A DNA stretch of 56,444 bases, filler included, from Dimargaris cristalligena (lineage: Eukaryota): NCBI GenBank assembly GCA_003614675.1. It is 4 parts of 4 records of this genome, joined end to end, with 100 filler letters (N's around TTAATTAATTAA, not from the genome) between each part and the next. Parts side by side here need not be neighbours in the genome. Positions count along the whole stretch, not along the records: positions 28,351 to 42,396 come from ML002969.1; positions 42,497 to 56,444 come from ML002971.1; 2 more parts are not named here. One strand, given 5' to 3'. This document shows positions 35,303-47,453 of this stretch, in pieces. Below the pieces are notes generated by a model. It searched no databases, was not told the DNA's origin, and worked only from the letters and a program-made list of their open reading frames with translations. Numbering within the stretch: the first letter of the stretch is position 1; each line of letters begins with the position of its first letter. Position numbers and translations under genes: made by a program.

Positions 35303-38300
35303 ATCTGGCTTCCCCCATTTGTCGAGGGATAACGAGTACACCACTCCGGGGGGGGGTTTTTTTTCACACTCACCTTTCAGAAATTTATATATATTCACCT
35401 CCCCCAGTGGTCGCTGAGGTCACCCTTGATTTTGAATAGGGTTGCGGTGGACCATTCTATATTTACAAGTTTTAAATAGGGCCAAGGGCACGGCTGATCA
35501 TCTATGTAAGAGACCGCTCAACTATCGCTAATTATCGGCTGCGCCCTGGGCGGTGAAGTATAAAACCAGTCAGCAATGGTAAATTACAATTTTATAAATA
35601 TAGGTAAATAGTCATTCCAAGGCCTTTGGGCCGCCCATAAGATTATTTACACCCATAGCTGTGGCGGGACTCGATGGTGCTATTACTGTTCGTCTGAAGA
35701 GAATGCATACGGTGGTTAATACCAATTTCGGGAACTTTAGGGTCATATATGACAGTGCCGGTATGTCAGTTTTGTTAAATAATTGTTAAATGGGTTTCAA
35801 GCGGATTTAAAAGCAATTAGTCGGGTATGGTCGCATGGAATATGAGCTGCAGCAATGATTAAGATAAGTGGCATCTAACGCACAAGTATTTTTAGTGATG
35901 ATAGCCACTGCGTATGTGATTAATATTATATAAGTATGAGGTGAAGGCCATCTAAATGTCCGCGTAGTGGGGTATAGATAATAGCAGGCTATGGGTCTAG
36001 GAAACAGTTCTCAGACTATATTATCAGCACACTTCGAATTTGGGGTAAAGAAGTGGGAGTCTGGCGCATTGGTCGAATTTCCAGCCCTGGACCACGGGTG
36101 CGACGTCTACGTAGCGGATACCGGCCCCTTTTAAAATAGCCGCTCAAATAAAAAAGGGGCTACGAAATTAACCAATGCTTGGTCGATTTAATGGGGGGGT
36201 ATATGGCCCTTTATCGGGGTAGACGTAATCCCAATTAGCCAATGTTCCTATTAGTAATACGATCATGCTTAACCATCTACTACAGTCTGGTATCTTAGTT
36301 GTCAGGGTTGTTTACATCCCATATACGTTGGTCTATAAAGCACAGCCTCCGTCACCATCCCAGTGGTGCGATGGCGCCATAGTTAGCCCATTAGGCATTT
36401 GATTCTCACCGGCGATGGGTGGAATTAAGGAATATCACTGGCCAGATAGAAGTCAGCTAGGCGGGCCAAGGGCCATTGACTCACTCCTATCACTAGTTCA
36501 TAATTAAATATATTTTTTCGTTGGCATTTTTACATTACAATTTTCAAATCAGAACACCAAAATGAACGTAGCTATACAATCAAGAGCGACCCCTTCAAAG
36601 GCATAGGGCTATAATAATTGATAGGTTACAGACATTCAACCTAGCAAAAAAGGTATCTAGCTAGGGTAATTGTATTACACCGCTGGTTGGAGTAGATTCC
36701 TGATTGATTAACTCCACCAGGTATATTATGATCTTTATTGCCAAGCCTGGGGGAATTGATGACGTATTGTTCCTCTAGTTCAATTTGATCTAGCTAGACG
36801 GACAGGTACCATGGGGTGCAGTAATTCGTCGTTAGGAATGCCGCGCTAGACAAACTTAAATAATTACTAATTGATTTGGTGTATTGTCGTGATAGTGTTA
36901 CTAAGTTATAATAAAAATTGACATAACAAACGATTTTCAGTTATGGCCATATGTAGAATTCAGCTCCGTATCCCGTTAGATCTGCGAAGATAAGTTTCTA
37001 TCAGCCAATTTAGTACTGAGGTGGGTGACCACTTGGGAATAGTTGGTGCCATAACTTTTTTTGATAATATTATTATTTTGATTGATTACTTTTCGAGAAA
37101 CCTGGATTACATTAGGATTTTTGCATGCCATTGGCTAAATGGGGTCTCTATGGAATCCCGGATGGATTGTTGCTGTGAGTAACTTGTCAAGGTGCGTTCT
37201 CTCGGAGTGAGACCTACCAATGACAGAAGATTGAAGTTACCATTGGTTCTTTAGGGGAATACTGTATAGTTTTACACTTGACGTGAGGGCCCCCTAAATA
37301 TGCATTTCTACGCCTGTTGGTGTGTGCAGATTTCCAAGCATGTTGTCAGCTGTGGTTTACCACGGTCAGTCGACCAGGATTTGTGGTGAGTTACGTCAAC
37401 TATTTTCGGTGGGCAAGCTAAAATACAGCCGAGTTGTGGCCCATTATTGGCCCAGGCTAATGTTTTAGCCATCCATTGGTGGGTTGGGTGTGGTAGTAGG
37501 TCATACAGATGCCGGTGCGCCAACAACAAAACTACGGATTGATGGAACATTCCGCTAGTTGAGCAAGTAGAGCCGCTCTTGTTTTCTTGGCATTTTAAAG
37601 GGATTGTGTTCCGCAATTTTTACCCTAGACTCCATTGCGCCCAATTCATTTTTAGGAGGGTGATTCTACTATACACCCCTGCATTAATGACTTGCCGGCG
37701 ATTTCTTTCGAGAATGGGTGACCCTCACTTGGTTTTTCTTCACCTGACCCACCAAGACTTTTTACGCTGGAACTTCTTAATACTGTACAGTTAAGAAAAT
37801 GCCGGGGTTTATATTATATGGTGGTGTGCTTCTAGAACGTGCAGATCGCTCGGTTGCTATCTATAGAGTAGACTGCAGATTGGCTACCAAAAAGGAAGAT
37901 GGAATTAAAGGGAGGGGTAGTGGCGAAAAGAGATAACAATACCACGGCCGCCAAGCTTCCATTGACATCGTATATACCCCCCCCCCATTCTCGACCATTT
38001 TAACTACGCCCTATTGTTTTGGGGGACCCTATTTTCTCTTATTGACCTACTCTGGTCAGCCCATTTTACTGTTCATAGTGTTACCATTATCCTCCGTCCT
38101 CCCTCTTGGTCTACGTCTTCAAGGCCTTACTAAGCCAACAGGGTCGACCTCCATCCGATACAGGAGGATAACGATGCGTATCCCTGTCGTTGACTCCGTC
38201 CGGCCGAAAGGAAAATAAGAGGTGGTTGGTTGGCTGGTGAAACCCGAGCCGAAACACCGGACATTTAGTGGTTGGTGAAAACGTAGCGGCGGCGAGAAGG

Positions 38301-38608
38301 AGACGATAACTCAACCCCTCCCATTAATATTAGGGCTGAGTAAGTCGCTATATATCCCCTCAAGAAAGGCGGGGGTTGTTTTTGTTGCGATTTTCTTATC
38401 GAATCAACGGCCTGGGACATCGGGTCACATTGCCAATAATCGGGCTTAAAATGAACCGAGGCGGAGGTAGGGAAAGGAGAAGTAGTCCAGGGTTACGCGG
38501 CCTCTGTCGTTGGCGTGAGTGATACGGCACAAAGACCCTGTGCCAATAGATAGAGCTGATGCTATTTGGCTGTTGACGCTCAATACTTTTGTTTAAGCTG
38601 GGAGATGT

Positions 38609-38638
38609 GTAGTAGTAGCAGTAGTAGTAGTAGTAGTA
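38609..38638. repeat. Imperfect (GTA)n microsatellite
   Basis: Seen directly in the sequence. Confidence 0.8.
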
Positions 38639-39073
38639 ACTAGGCTGGAAATACCTGTGATAGTACTCTATTATATATCTGCCTCTCGCTATATATATAA
38701 AGCCACCCCCAACCCCACGGCAATGGCCCTTGTTTCCTGCATTACACTCCCTATTCTTGTTTATAAATGTAACTGCACTTATTAACTTTGGACTTTCGGC
38801 CCCCGTCATCCCCCACTGCCTCTTCTATATAAGAGCTCCCTCCTATTCGGTTGTTTCACTTGTGGTCCGTTACCAGCCCTCTCGCTCTCTTTATATCCCA
38901 AGCAGCGCCCACCCGCCGTATATCCTATACAAGGAGGGATTTTTATATTTGCCTTTTTATAAAAAACTCCTTATATCTAGGATATATAATATATATACTC
39001 TCTCTAAATATCCGTCGATTGTCCAAGCACCGCACTTCGTTTTTTATTCCTATTTTTCTCGGTCGCGGTAGAT

Positions 39074-41346
39074 ATGTTGTCCAACTCTAACCTCAGCCCA
39101 CTCTTTACCACCACCACTCCTTCTACCCCCGTCGTCGACGCATTCCCCCTCGCTACCGCCCAGTTCGATTCAGCCCTAGCCCAATTCTTATGGGGCACCA
39201 CCCGTTCCACCGAGTACGCCCGTGCTTCTATACTGGTCCTTGCCGTTTTTCTGGTTGTTTTCATGGTTTGGCTAGTTAAGCGTTTCGCCCATGGGTCGGC
39301 TGCCCCTTCGCACCATCCTCACCACCACCACCACCACCACCGTTATTTTCACCATTCCTCAAATTATGGAGTCAATTTACTTCACCACCCCCAAACCGTC
39401 CGGATCTCTACTACAGTGGCCCTGCCTTTGGAGAAGTCGGCCGCCGTTCAGTCGGTGGGCCCTTCTTCGGTGACCGCTGTTACTACTCCCACTGTTTTGG
39501 CCCCTACCGCTGTGACCACCACTACTACTGCTACTACTACCCCTGTTACCAACCCCGGGGATTCGGGTCATTCGGCCCACCTTTCCTCCGTACCCTCCGC
39601 CAATACCAACCGGGACCTGTCGTTGGAGTTATCCAAAATCAATGTGCCGACCCCGGCAATGACTCCCCATAACGGTTCCGCCGCCTCGCTAGTTCCACCA
39701 CCAGCATCATCATCATCATCATCATCACCAAGGGCGTCGTCCGAGGAAATGGGCTTAATGGACCTACTGTATTCTACCTGTCCCGCCTTGACCGACCCCG
39801 ACAAGGCTGTGTTCAAGCCGTCCAAGTGGCTATTCAATGGCCACTTGCAAACCGCGGCGGTGACCAAAATGGAGATTCTCAAGGGCTACGATGTCGATTA
39901 CTCTCGGTAAGTTATATTAGGGTCTAATGTGCAGTGTGCGTTGGGGGGAAAATATTTAAGCGTGCTTATCAATATAGGTGGGGAAGGGGAGGGGGGGTAC
40001 TGTGGACAATTTTAGGCGTGGTATTAATAGTAAGGTGGTCTATATCTCCTTGCAATGTGAATGGAGTAACAAACCCAGACCCTGGGAAGTCCCACTAAAC
40101 GATCCTCGGAACCACCCCGAAAAGTCCCCACAGTGCCCCCGAATATAGTGAAAACCTTATGGGTTAGGAATCCCTGATGAAGTACGGCGCTTGACCGTTT
40201 TAATCCTCGACCTTACACTAATATATATATTTCCTTGTAATCAATGTATTCCGTATTGTGTAACCAACGTCGATTTGACCACTTGGCATTTACCTTGTTT
40301 TGATCGTCGCCCGCCATTCACCATACATCATTTATCAACCAACCAACCAACCCGTTAACCACCACCACCACAGTGAAACCGTTTCCCTACCTGACGGCGG
40401 AACCGTTGCGCTGGACTGGTTCCCTTCCCTGGAAGTCAACCCCGACCCCAACCTGCCCATTATCTTTATTCTCCACGGCCTCACCGGCGGCAGCCACGAG
40501 TTTTATGTGCGTTCGCTGGTCAAGACCATCACCGACGCCCGCCACGGGTGCCGAGTGATTGTGCTGAATAACCGCGGCTGCGGGTTCTCCGAGATCCTTA
40601 CCCCTAAACTGTACAGCGCCGGCTACACCGACGACCTGCGGTTCGTTCTGCAGCGGCTACGGAACCAATTCCCCCGCACCACCCCCATCATCGGGGTGGG
40701 GTTTTCGCTCGGCTCCAACATTCTGGTCAAGTTCGTGGGGGAAGAGGGTGACCGTTGCGTGCTCAAAGCCGCCGTGTCCGTAGGCAACCCGTTCAATCTC
40801 CTCAAAGCTTCCGAGGTACTCAACGACGGTTTCTGGGGTTCCCTCGTCTACACCCGGGTCATGAAGAACCAACTCCTCCGCTTCTTTAACCGCCATAAAC
40901 ATATGTTCGTCGAATCCGATTTCGACCTCGATTTGGCTTCCGTCGCTAAAAGTAAAACCGTCCGTGATTTCGATGACCTAGTCACCCGGCGGGTGTTCGG
41001 TTACGCGACCGTCCAGGATTATTACACTAGTGCTAGCTCCGGCCCGTATGTACCCCGCGTCCGTATCCCCCTGCTGTGCCTCAATAGTTTGGACGACCCT
41101 GTATGTTCAGCCCAGTCCATTCCGTACCGCGCTATTCGGGAGAACCCTTACACCGTGTTGGCTACCACCGCCTCCGGCGGTCATCTCGGTTGGTTCGAAG
41201 CCGGGTCCGACGGGAATCGCGTGCGCCCCTGGTCGATTGACCCCATATCCGAATTCTGTATGGCCATGACCCGCGTCGATACCGTATACTCACCTGTGGC
41301 TCCCCCTACTAACACCACCACCACCGCCGCCGTTGCTGCGTCGTAG
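39074..41346 (+). CDS. Alpha/beta hydrolase of the ABHD1/2/3-Eht1/Eeb1-YheT family, copy 2
   Basis: Exon 1 is 39074-39906 and exon 2 is 40374-41346. Same intron position and phase and same catalytic motifs (GFSLG, DDP, GGHLGW) as copy 1; longer His/Thr/Ser-rich linker. Confidence 0.92.
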
Positions 41347-42396
41347 ACATCGCGTACCCCTCCGCCCCTCGTATTATATATTATTTTCATACACCACGCC
41401 CCTCTACCCCCACCTCCCCCTTCATCCCTCATTCTATAACTACTCTCGCACTCTCACCCGCACATACCCACAACATAAGTAGTAGCATTGGATTGACCCA
41501 TATTCATAACTTATCGCCCCTACCTGATTTTACCAAGGACACTCTAGTAGACTGAAGCCCGCTTTGGTTTATTTGTTTGCAGTAAGGGCCGGCCAGGGAT
41601 TTGTAAACGTCATCATTATTTTATGTACATATTTAAACGTATTTACCATATCTAGTCTAGATGACGTTTCGCCTATTTATAATTTTATTTAAACTATCTT
41701 AGAGTGCATTGTGTCTGTGTAAAATATGATTGGATGAAACGTTGGTTTGTTCATGCAATATATAAGTAATTAGTTCCTAGACGAAAGTAAATGGTTCAAT
41801 AGTGATCCTCCGACTCCGTAAAGCAAGGAGAAATGTGGACAAGCGCTGAATTTATGTAAGCTAGTGTGGGTCGAATGTAGTTCAATATTGGTAGAGGATA
41901 TCTGATGCTGGTTTTGGTATTTCGAAGCTAATGGATGGGGCTTTGGATGTTCAGACTAGGACAGGAAAGGTATACCTGGGCTTGGGCCGTCATGGCGTGG
42001 TGGTAGAAGGACTCGGGTATACCCAAACTAATCCACTCTACCTTCCCATAAAAGAATAATAACAATCCTTCAAAAATCAAATTGACCAATACAAAAGTTC
42101 ATAACTCCATAAAAATAAAGAGGAACGAGTGTAAAAGATTGACAGATATTTAGAAGAGGTACGTCGTCATCTATTATTTCACCGAAAATATTAGTTCGTT
42201 TCTAGGTTACCATTAAAATTCATGGTCAAGAAGTGTCCTATAAATGGGTGGTAAATAGGTAGTAAAGTCGATAAATTCTCATTATAGAGTATTACTATAT
42301 ATAGCAAAGAGCAGATCTGCCTATATCGAGCCGAGAATAGCTCAGATGAAGTAGAGTTTTATTTAAAGTGAATCTAAGGCAGGTGACCTTTTGGTC

Positions 42397-42496
42397 NNNN
42401 NNNNNNNNNNNNNNNNNNNNNNNNNNNNNNNNNNNNNNNNTTAATTAATTAANNNNNNNNNNNNNNNNNNNNNNNNNNNNNNNNNNNNNNNNNNNN
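42397..42496. other. Artificial contig spacer
   Basis: 44 N + TTAATTAATTAA + 44 N. Confidence 0.97.
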
Positions 42497-42621
42497 TCGG
42501 TTAGTCTTGACATCCCCCCCTAACACTAGTAGCCCGCTTGGCCGTGTCCAACGCCCCGCCTACTGTTAGAAGCCTATCCCCGAGACTCTTGACGGACTAA
42601 GAGTGGTTAACCCGGGCGACA
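42497..42621 (+). mobile_element. LTR, 3' portion (copy 1, CpG-intact), truncated by the contig edge
   Basis: Aligns to the last ~125 bp of copies 2-4 and ends in GGGCGACA. Confidence 0.85.
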
Positions 42622-43073
42622 GATGGTACTATTAGATCATAAAAGATAGGAGATCAACTATTTATGCAAGTCAGAATGCCTCTAATGGACAGTTCATTGT
42701 TCATCAATGTCTAGAGTAAATGCACAGGAGGGCTCTGGTTATCTCAGCCCTCAACCCCATCACCTATAGGCATGAATTCCAATTTATCTATAATTCTAGA
42801 GACAGTACCAGCTGTGGCAGTAGAAGTAACAGTTTGACAAATTTCTGTATAGACTGATATTAAAGGCTAGCTGGTCTGATTATTATTTACTTCAATTGTT
42901 TTATATCTAAACCAAGAGATACATATTATTTACTTGTCTATTTAGGGATGCACATCATTTCGATTCACTACAATTCACACATCAGCCATTAGGCCTAATG
43001 CTGCTGCAGTCACCATCTTATTAAGGATTAAGGGGTAAAGTTAAAGAATTATCTGATGGAAGGTGGTGGAGTG

Positions 43074-43655
43074 TATTAGCCCTCCTAATCCGACTTTATC
43101 TAGCCTTAATGCTTGTCCACACTTATTAGGCCTGGTAGTGCCATATTAACCCTCCCATGGTCACACCTGGTACTATGGGACCATCATTTATTATATAACC
43201 ATTCTCCTTCCAGACCCCAGTGCTTCACACGAATCACTCAACCTACTGATCCAAAGACTCTTCCAGTTCCCATGAGAGTCTTCTGGATATGAGGCCTGCC
43301 CAGTTGTCTATTTATCTATACTGTAGTCCAGTAGTATCTCCTCTTGGGGCCTCCCTCTGGAGCTGCCCCCATATATATATAACTGGCCCCCACTGGGACC
43401 AGTTAGATTCCTTAGCTTATTCTTACTCCCTAGTTTACCCCAATAAACTCTATATATGCTCACCCCTTTATACTGACCCAAAAGTGTGCCTGCTACATGT
43501 CCCTTACATAAAATCATTGCCTAGGCCTTTATTTGGTTAGTACTATGCCCCATCCTAACACTAGTAGCCCACTTGGCTGAGTCTAAACCCCACCTACCAT
43601 TAGAAGCCTATCCCCGAGACTCTTAATGGACTAAGAGTGGTTAACTTGGGCAACA
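43074..43655 (+). mobile_element. Solo LTR (copy 2) with 5-bp TSD GAGTG
   Basis: GAGTG at 43069-43073 and 43656-43660. Internal TATA-like tract and AATAAA; ends in GGGCAACA; colinear with copies 3 and 4. Confidence 0.88.
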
Positions 43656-46600
43656 GAGTGGGTTATCAGCATTGTATATGGAGTGGAACTAGAAAAATGG
43701 ATTCATTATTATGGATAGTATACATATGAATAACTATGGAAAGAGTATGTAACAATATGTGATCAGATGAACAGAGAATTTACTGGGTCATGGTATATGG
43801 GGCTAGGTCATTACTATACATTATTGGCCATTAAGTAGGATAAGTCATTAATATCACAACATGGAAAAAAATAGGGAATATGAGAAGAGCAGTACAATCC
43901 AAACTTTTATCTTCACAATGCCAAATAGAATGAATGGTAATAGACCATTTGAATAGGGACCACAGTTTTCGTGTACTTCCTTATTGGTCTTGCAGACTCT
44001 GGATTTAATCCATCCAGCAAGCACAACACTGCTAAATGGAATTATTCATAGTAGGTCCAACTAGACATACGCGGTATCTAGTATCCTAATTTAGGGACAA
44101 ATGGTCTAACATTGGAATCCCATTATTCATAGTGGCTGTTCATTATTTCTTCCATTCAAATTCCTTCGCTCCAATCTGCGTACAAGTAAAATATCATAGG
44201 GTCATTTATTTAGGAATATGGAATATCTTCCCTTCAAACTGTGCTAAGTATACCATACCAGGTGAAACAGTGACAAGGGGAATAGACTGCGAAGTGGTTC
44301 ATTAGGGGGTTTATACTTCACTTCGTAATTTGGGAATGCAATTTCATTAATGAAGATGTCCAACAATTGGCTCACTTAGGGTGAAGCCGTAATTCCGACT
44401 GAAGATAGGCTTGGTTACGATGTTGGGGGACTCCTGGGATAATTGTTCGCTTTGTATAGTATTTACTGTTTCTATTTGACAACGCTACACCTGTCCATCG
44501 GATGTGGACAGCCTCTCTTTGTACTCTTCAAAGACCATGTATAGGAGCCACAATGTCGCCCTTCAACATACTATTACCTGGTAATATACAGGCGTAGTTG
44601 CCAGGAACTTTTCGATTCTCTTTACCGCCTATAAATACTCCGGGCTGTCTCATGTTAATTTTAATCATCATCAACACCGATTACTATCTGAGATTTCAAT
44701 TTTCAATCCTTGATTTTTCCTATACTCAACTCCACCCACACGCTCCGGCATTTAACCTACTTCTACCGCCACCGCATCAACAAAGATAGCCTTGACGATG
44801 GCACCAACCAGCACATATAACATCCGTCTCCAAAGAAAGATTCTGGACCACTCGGGGAGCCTTGGCCGCGACTACGTGACCGTCGACCCAAAAGCCAAGT
44901 AATATAAACTTGTAGCGTGATGATTCTCTATTCGTATTTAGGAGAAATCACTGCTTGCCCTTCGGTCGGATTACAAACAACTGAACCCCGCAGCTATTGT
45001 GGTGAGATGGGCACGGCCTTAGAATATTAAGGAAACATTGTGGGCTTTTTGAGCTTGGCACATTACAGCTTAACTTCGGGACATCATCAAAAGCCCAACG
45101 GTACTCATGATTTTTCTCTGTTACGACATTAGCTCCCGGCCTTTAGCTACCTAGTGTACCTCGCCCACAGGCTCGCTGATTACCCCAGGCCCCACCAATT
45201 TCACCTGCTGGCCGAAACTAGACGATAACGATAATATTGTTACCAAGATGTTTTAAAACCAGTAGCATTGGTACCCCTTGGCATTAAAATATAGCCCTTC
45301 TTAATAAATATTATTATTCCCGAGTATTCCCCAATCATTAAAGACTGCAGGCCTTTTACATTTAATACTATTTCAAACACTTAGCGCGAATATCTATCGA
45401 ATTTATATCACATTACATAGTATAGAGTTAGGAGAAACTTCATTTTGGTCGACTTTACCAACTACGACCATTTCCGAAATAACAATGCTCCACTGTAATT
45501 TCCCTTAATTTTACTGATGTTTTTATCAGTTCATAAATCTGTTTGGTTGAAGGGGCCACCTCTCCCCGAAGATGAGATATATTTATTATTTATGCCATAT
45601 CTATCTCCTATTATATTTTTATTTAAGCCTCACTGATCTACCTCGGAATAATAGCATCGAGAGGCATTGTGGTTCTTGTAGGAATTAGGCTATCGTTTTT
45701 TTTTTTCAAGAAAAATATATGTGCAATAAACATACTATAGACCCAATCCCAGCGGTGGTCCTATTCAATACATCTCGAATCAAGGAGTTGCTGTATTTGG
45801 TAACGAGATTTACGTTCATTCTGAATATGTACATAGTTCACTTACGAAAACCTGACCGGTGGTGATATGATCAATAATGTAATATTTATAAACACATTGA
45901 CTGCCCTATCCATAGTACCAACCGCCTATTAACTGGCCCATCCATTGTGTTATTTAGGGCACTAGAGAACGTACCCGTCACCACCCCTAGGCCATCGCTT
46001 CGAGGGTGAAATGGCACCAGTAGTGCATCGTTCCATCGTTCGCATAATCTATTGAATCATGCAGTATCACATATGATATGGTATTGTGGAGGTCCAGCCT
46101 GCAAGCTACTCGCCACCATTAAAACCCAATAGGCTGGTGTTGCTGGAAGCCCTTAAAACACTTTTCCATCCCTGGCTATTTGATGTTTACCACGGTTAGC
46201 CAGCAAATCAACGCCCTGGCCTATATTAGATACCAGCCCACTCGCATATGAATGTGGCCAGCCCCAGCAAAGCACATGGGGGATTCAAATGAATAATTAT
46301 TACGGTTGGGGGGGGGGCGGACCTAGAACTGTGTTCTCACGAACAAGAAATTATATTGTTCAGTCTGTGGTGGATCTACGGCAGTGTGGACCCTTATCTA
46401 CCCCCCAGGGTCGTTTTGATTGTATAGCATCCCTAAAGACTCACTGGGTCTGGTCGGGAATAAGGAAAGGGAATGATGGTCTGATTAAGTTGATGGATAA
46501 CCAACGGCTAGTCGTGTGACCACCCGGCCATTATGGTCGCGCAGTAACAATAATAATCGGGATCGTGGGTCAATATATCCCAATACACGGGTATATCCCC

Positions 46601-46697
46601 TTTCTAGGGTACTATTATATAAATGAATGTAGTGTAGAGGATAGTAGCGGAGATCACAACTCCTCATACAAGGGAAACTATCCCCTTCCCATACCAA

Positions 46698-46729
46698 AAT
46701 CACGTGATTAAGAAATAAAGTCACGTGAT
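46698..46729. promoter_or_regulatory. Tandem E-box palindromes (AATCACGTGATT and GTCACGTGAT)
   Basis: Two TCACGTGA cores 21 bp apart, ~730 bp upstream of the eIF4B ATG; matches the known bHLH (Cbf1/SREBP-type) motif. Confidence 0.45.
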
Positions 46730-47453
46730 AAAATTTTTATGGTGTAGCCGAAAAGGCTACGATGGTAGAGAGTAGGAGGCAGAGGGGGGGTGGTAACACA
46801 CCATTGGAATTGAAACAATGGAAAAAAACGGACAGGTCTCACTATGGCAGCAAGGCAGAACCCCTTCGGGGGTGAACAAAGGACCAGGGGATATTCCGGG
46901 ATAGACCAGAAACGAGAAGCAGCAAGGCCTGCAAATAGACGATAGTTCGGAACCAGAAGAAACACCGTATAAGTTAGTCTTATATAGGCATATAATCAGC
47001 GATGGATCCTCCAGTGTTGCATCGAACTGGTCAGGTCGGTGGATGACACACTTATCAGTGAATAAATGGGGCAATGGCGGGCGAAGAAAATGAGGCCTCT
47101 TAGTTAAGCGCAGGATGTGGTTCATTGACCCAGTTGTGTTGTAGCCGCACGGAAAAGCCATCCAGGTCCGTGGTTTATTCCCAGTAGTTCTATGCCCGAC
47201 ACACTCGCTGCACCCAGTTCCTGTACTGTATGGGTGGACTTTAAGACACACCACTTCCCCCGCCCTCTCTTTTCTCCCTCTCTCTCTCTCTCTTTCCTTC
47301 TAACCACCCCCGCTATTCCACGAATATATAGATTCTCTACCCGTCTATAACCGTCTATCGGCCCGATCTCCCTTACCTCATTCAAGGCAGATCCCACCCC
47401 TTTTTTTAAAAGTTCTTCATTCTCTCCGCCCGAAAAAAGCACCCATCTCCAAC

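Noticed and set aside
42497-43655. TRIM-like element (LTR copy 1 + ~450 bp with TGGTA PBS-like start and purine tract + LTR copy 2)
   Set aside because: Copy 2 has its own perfect TSD (GAGTG) on both sides and is far more mutated than copy 1, so these are independent insertions.
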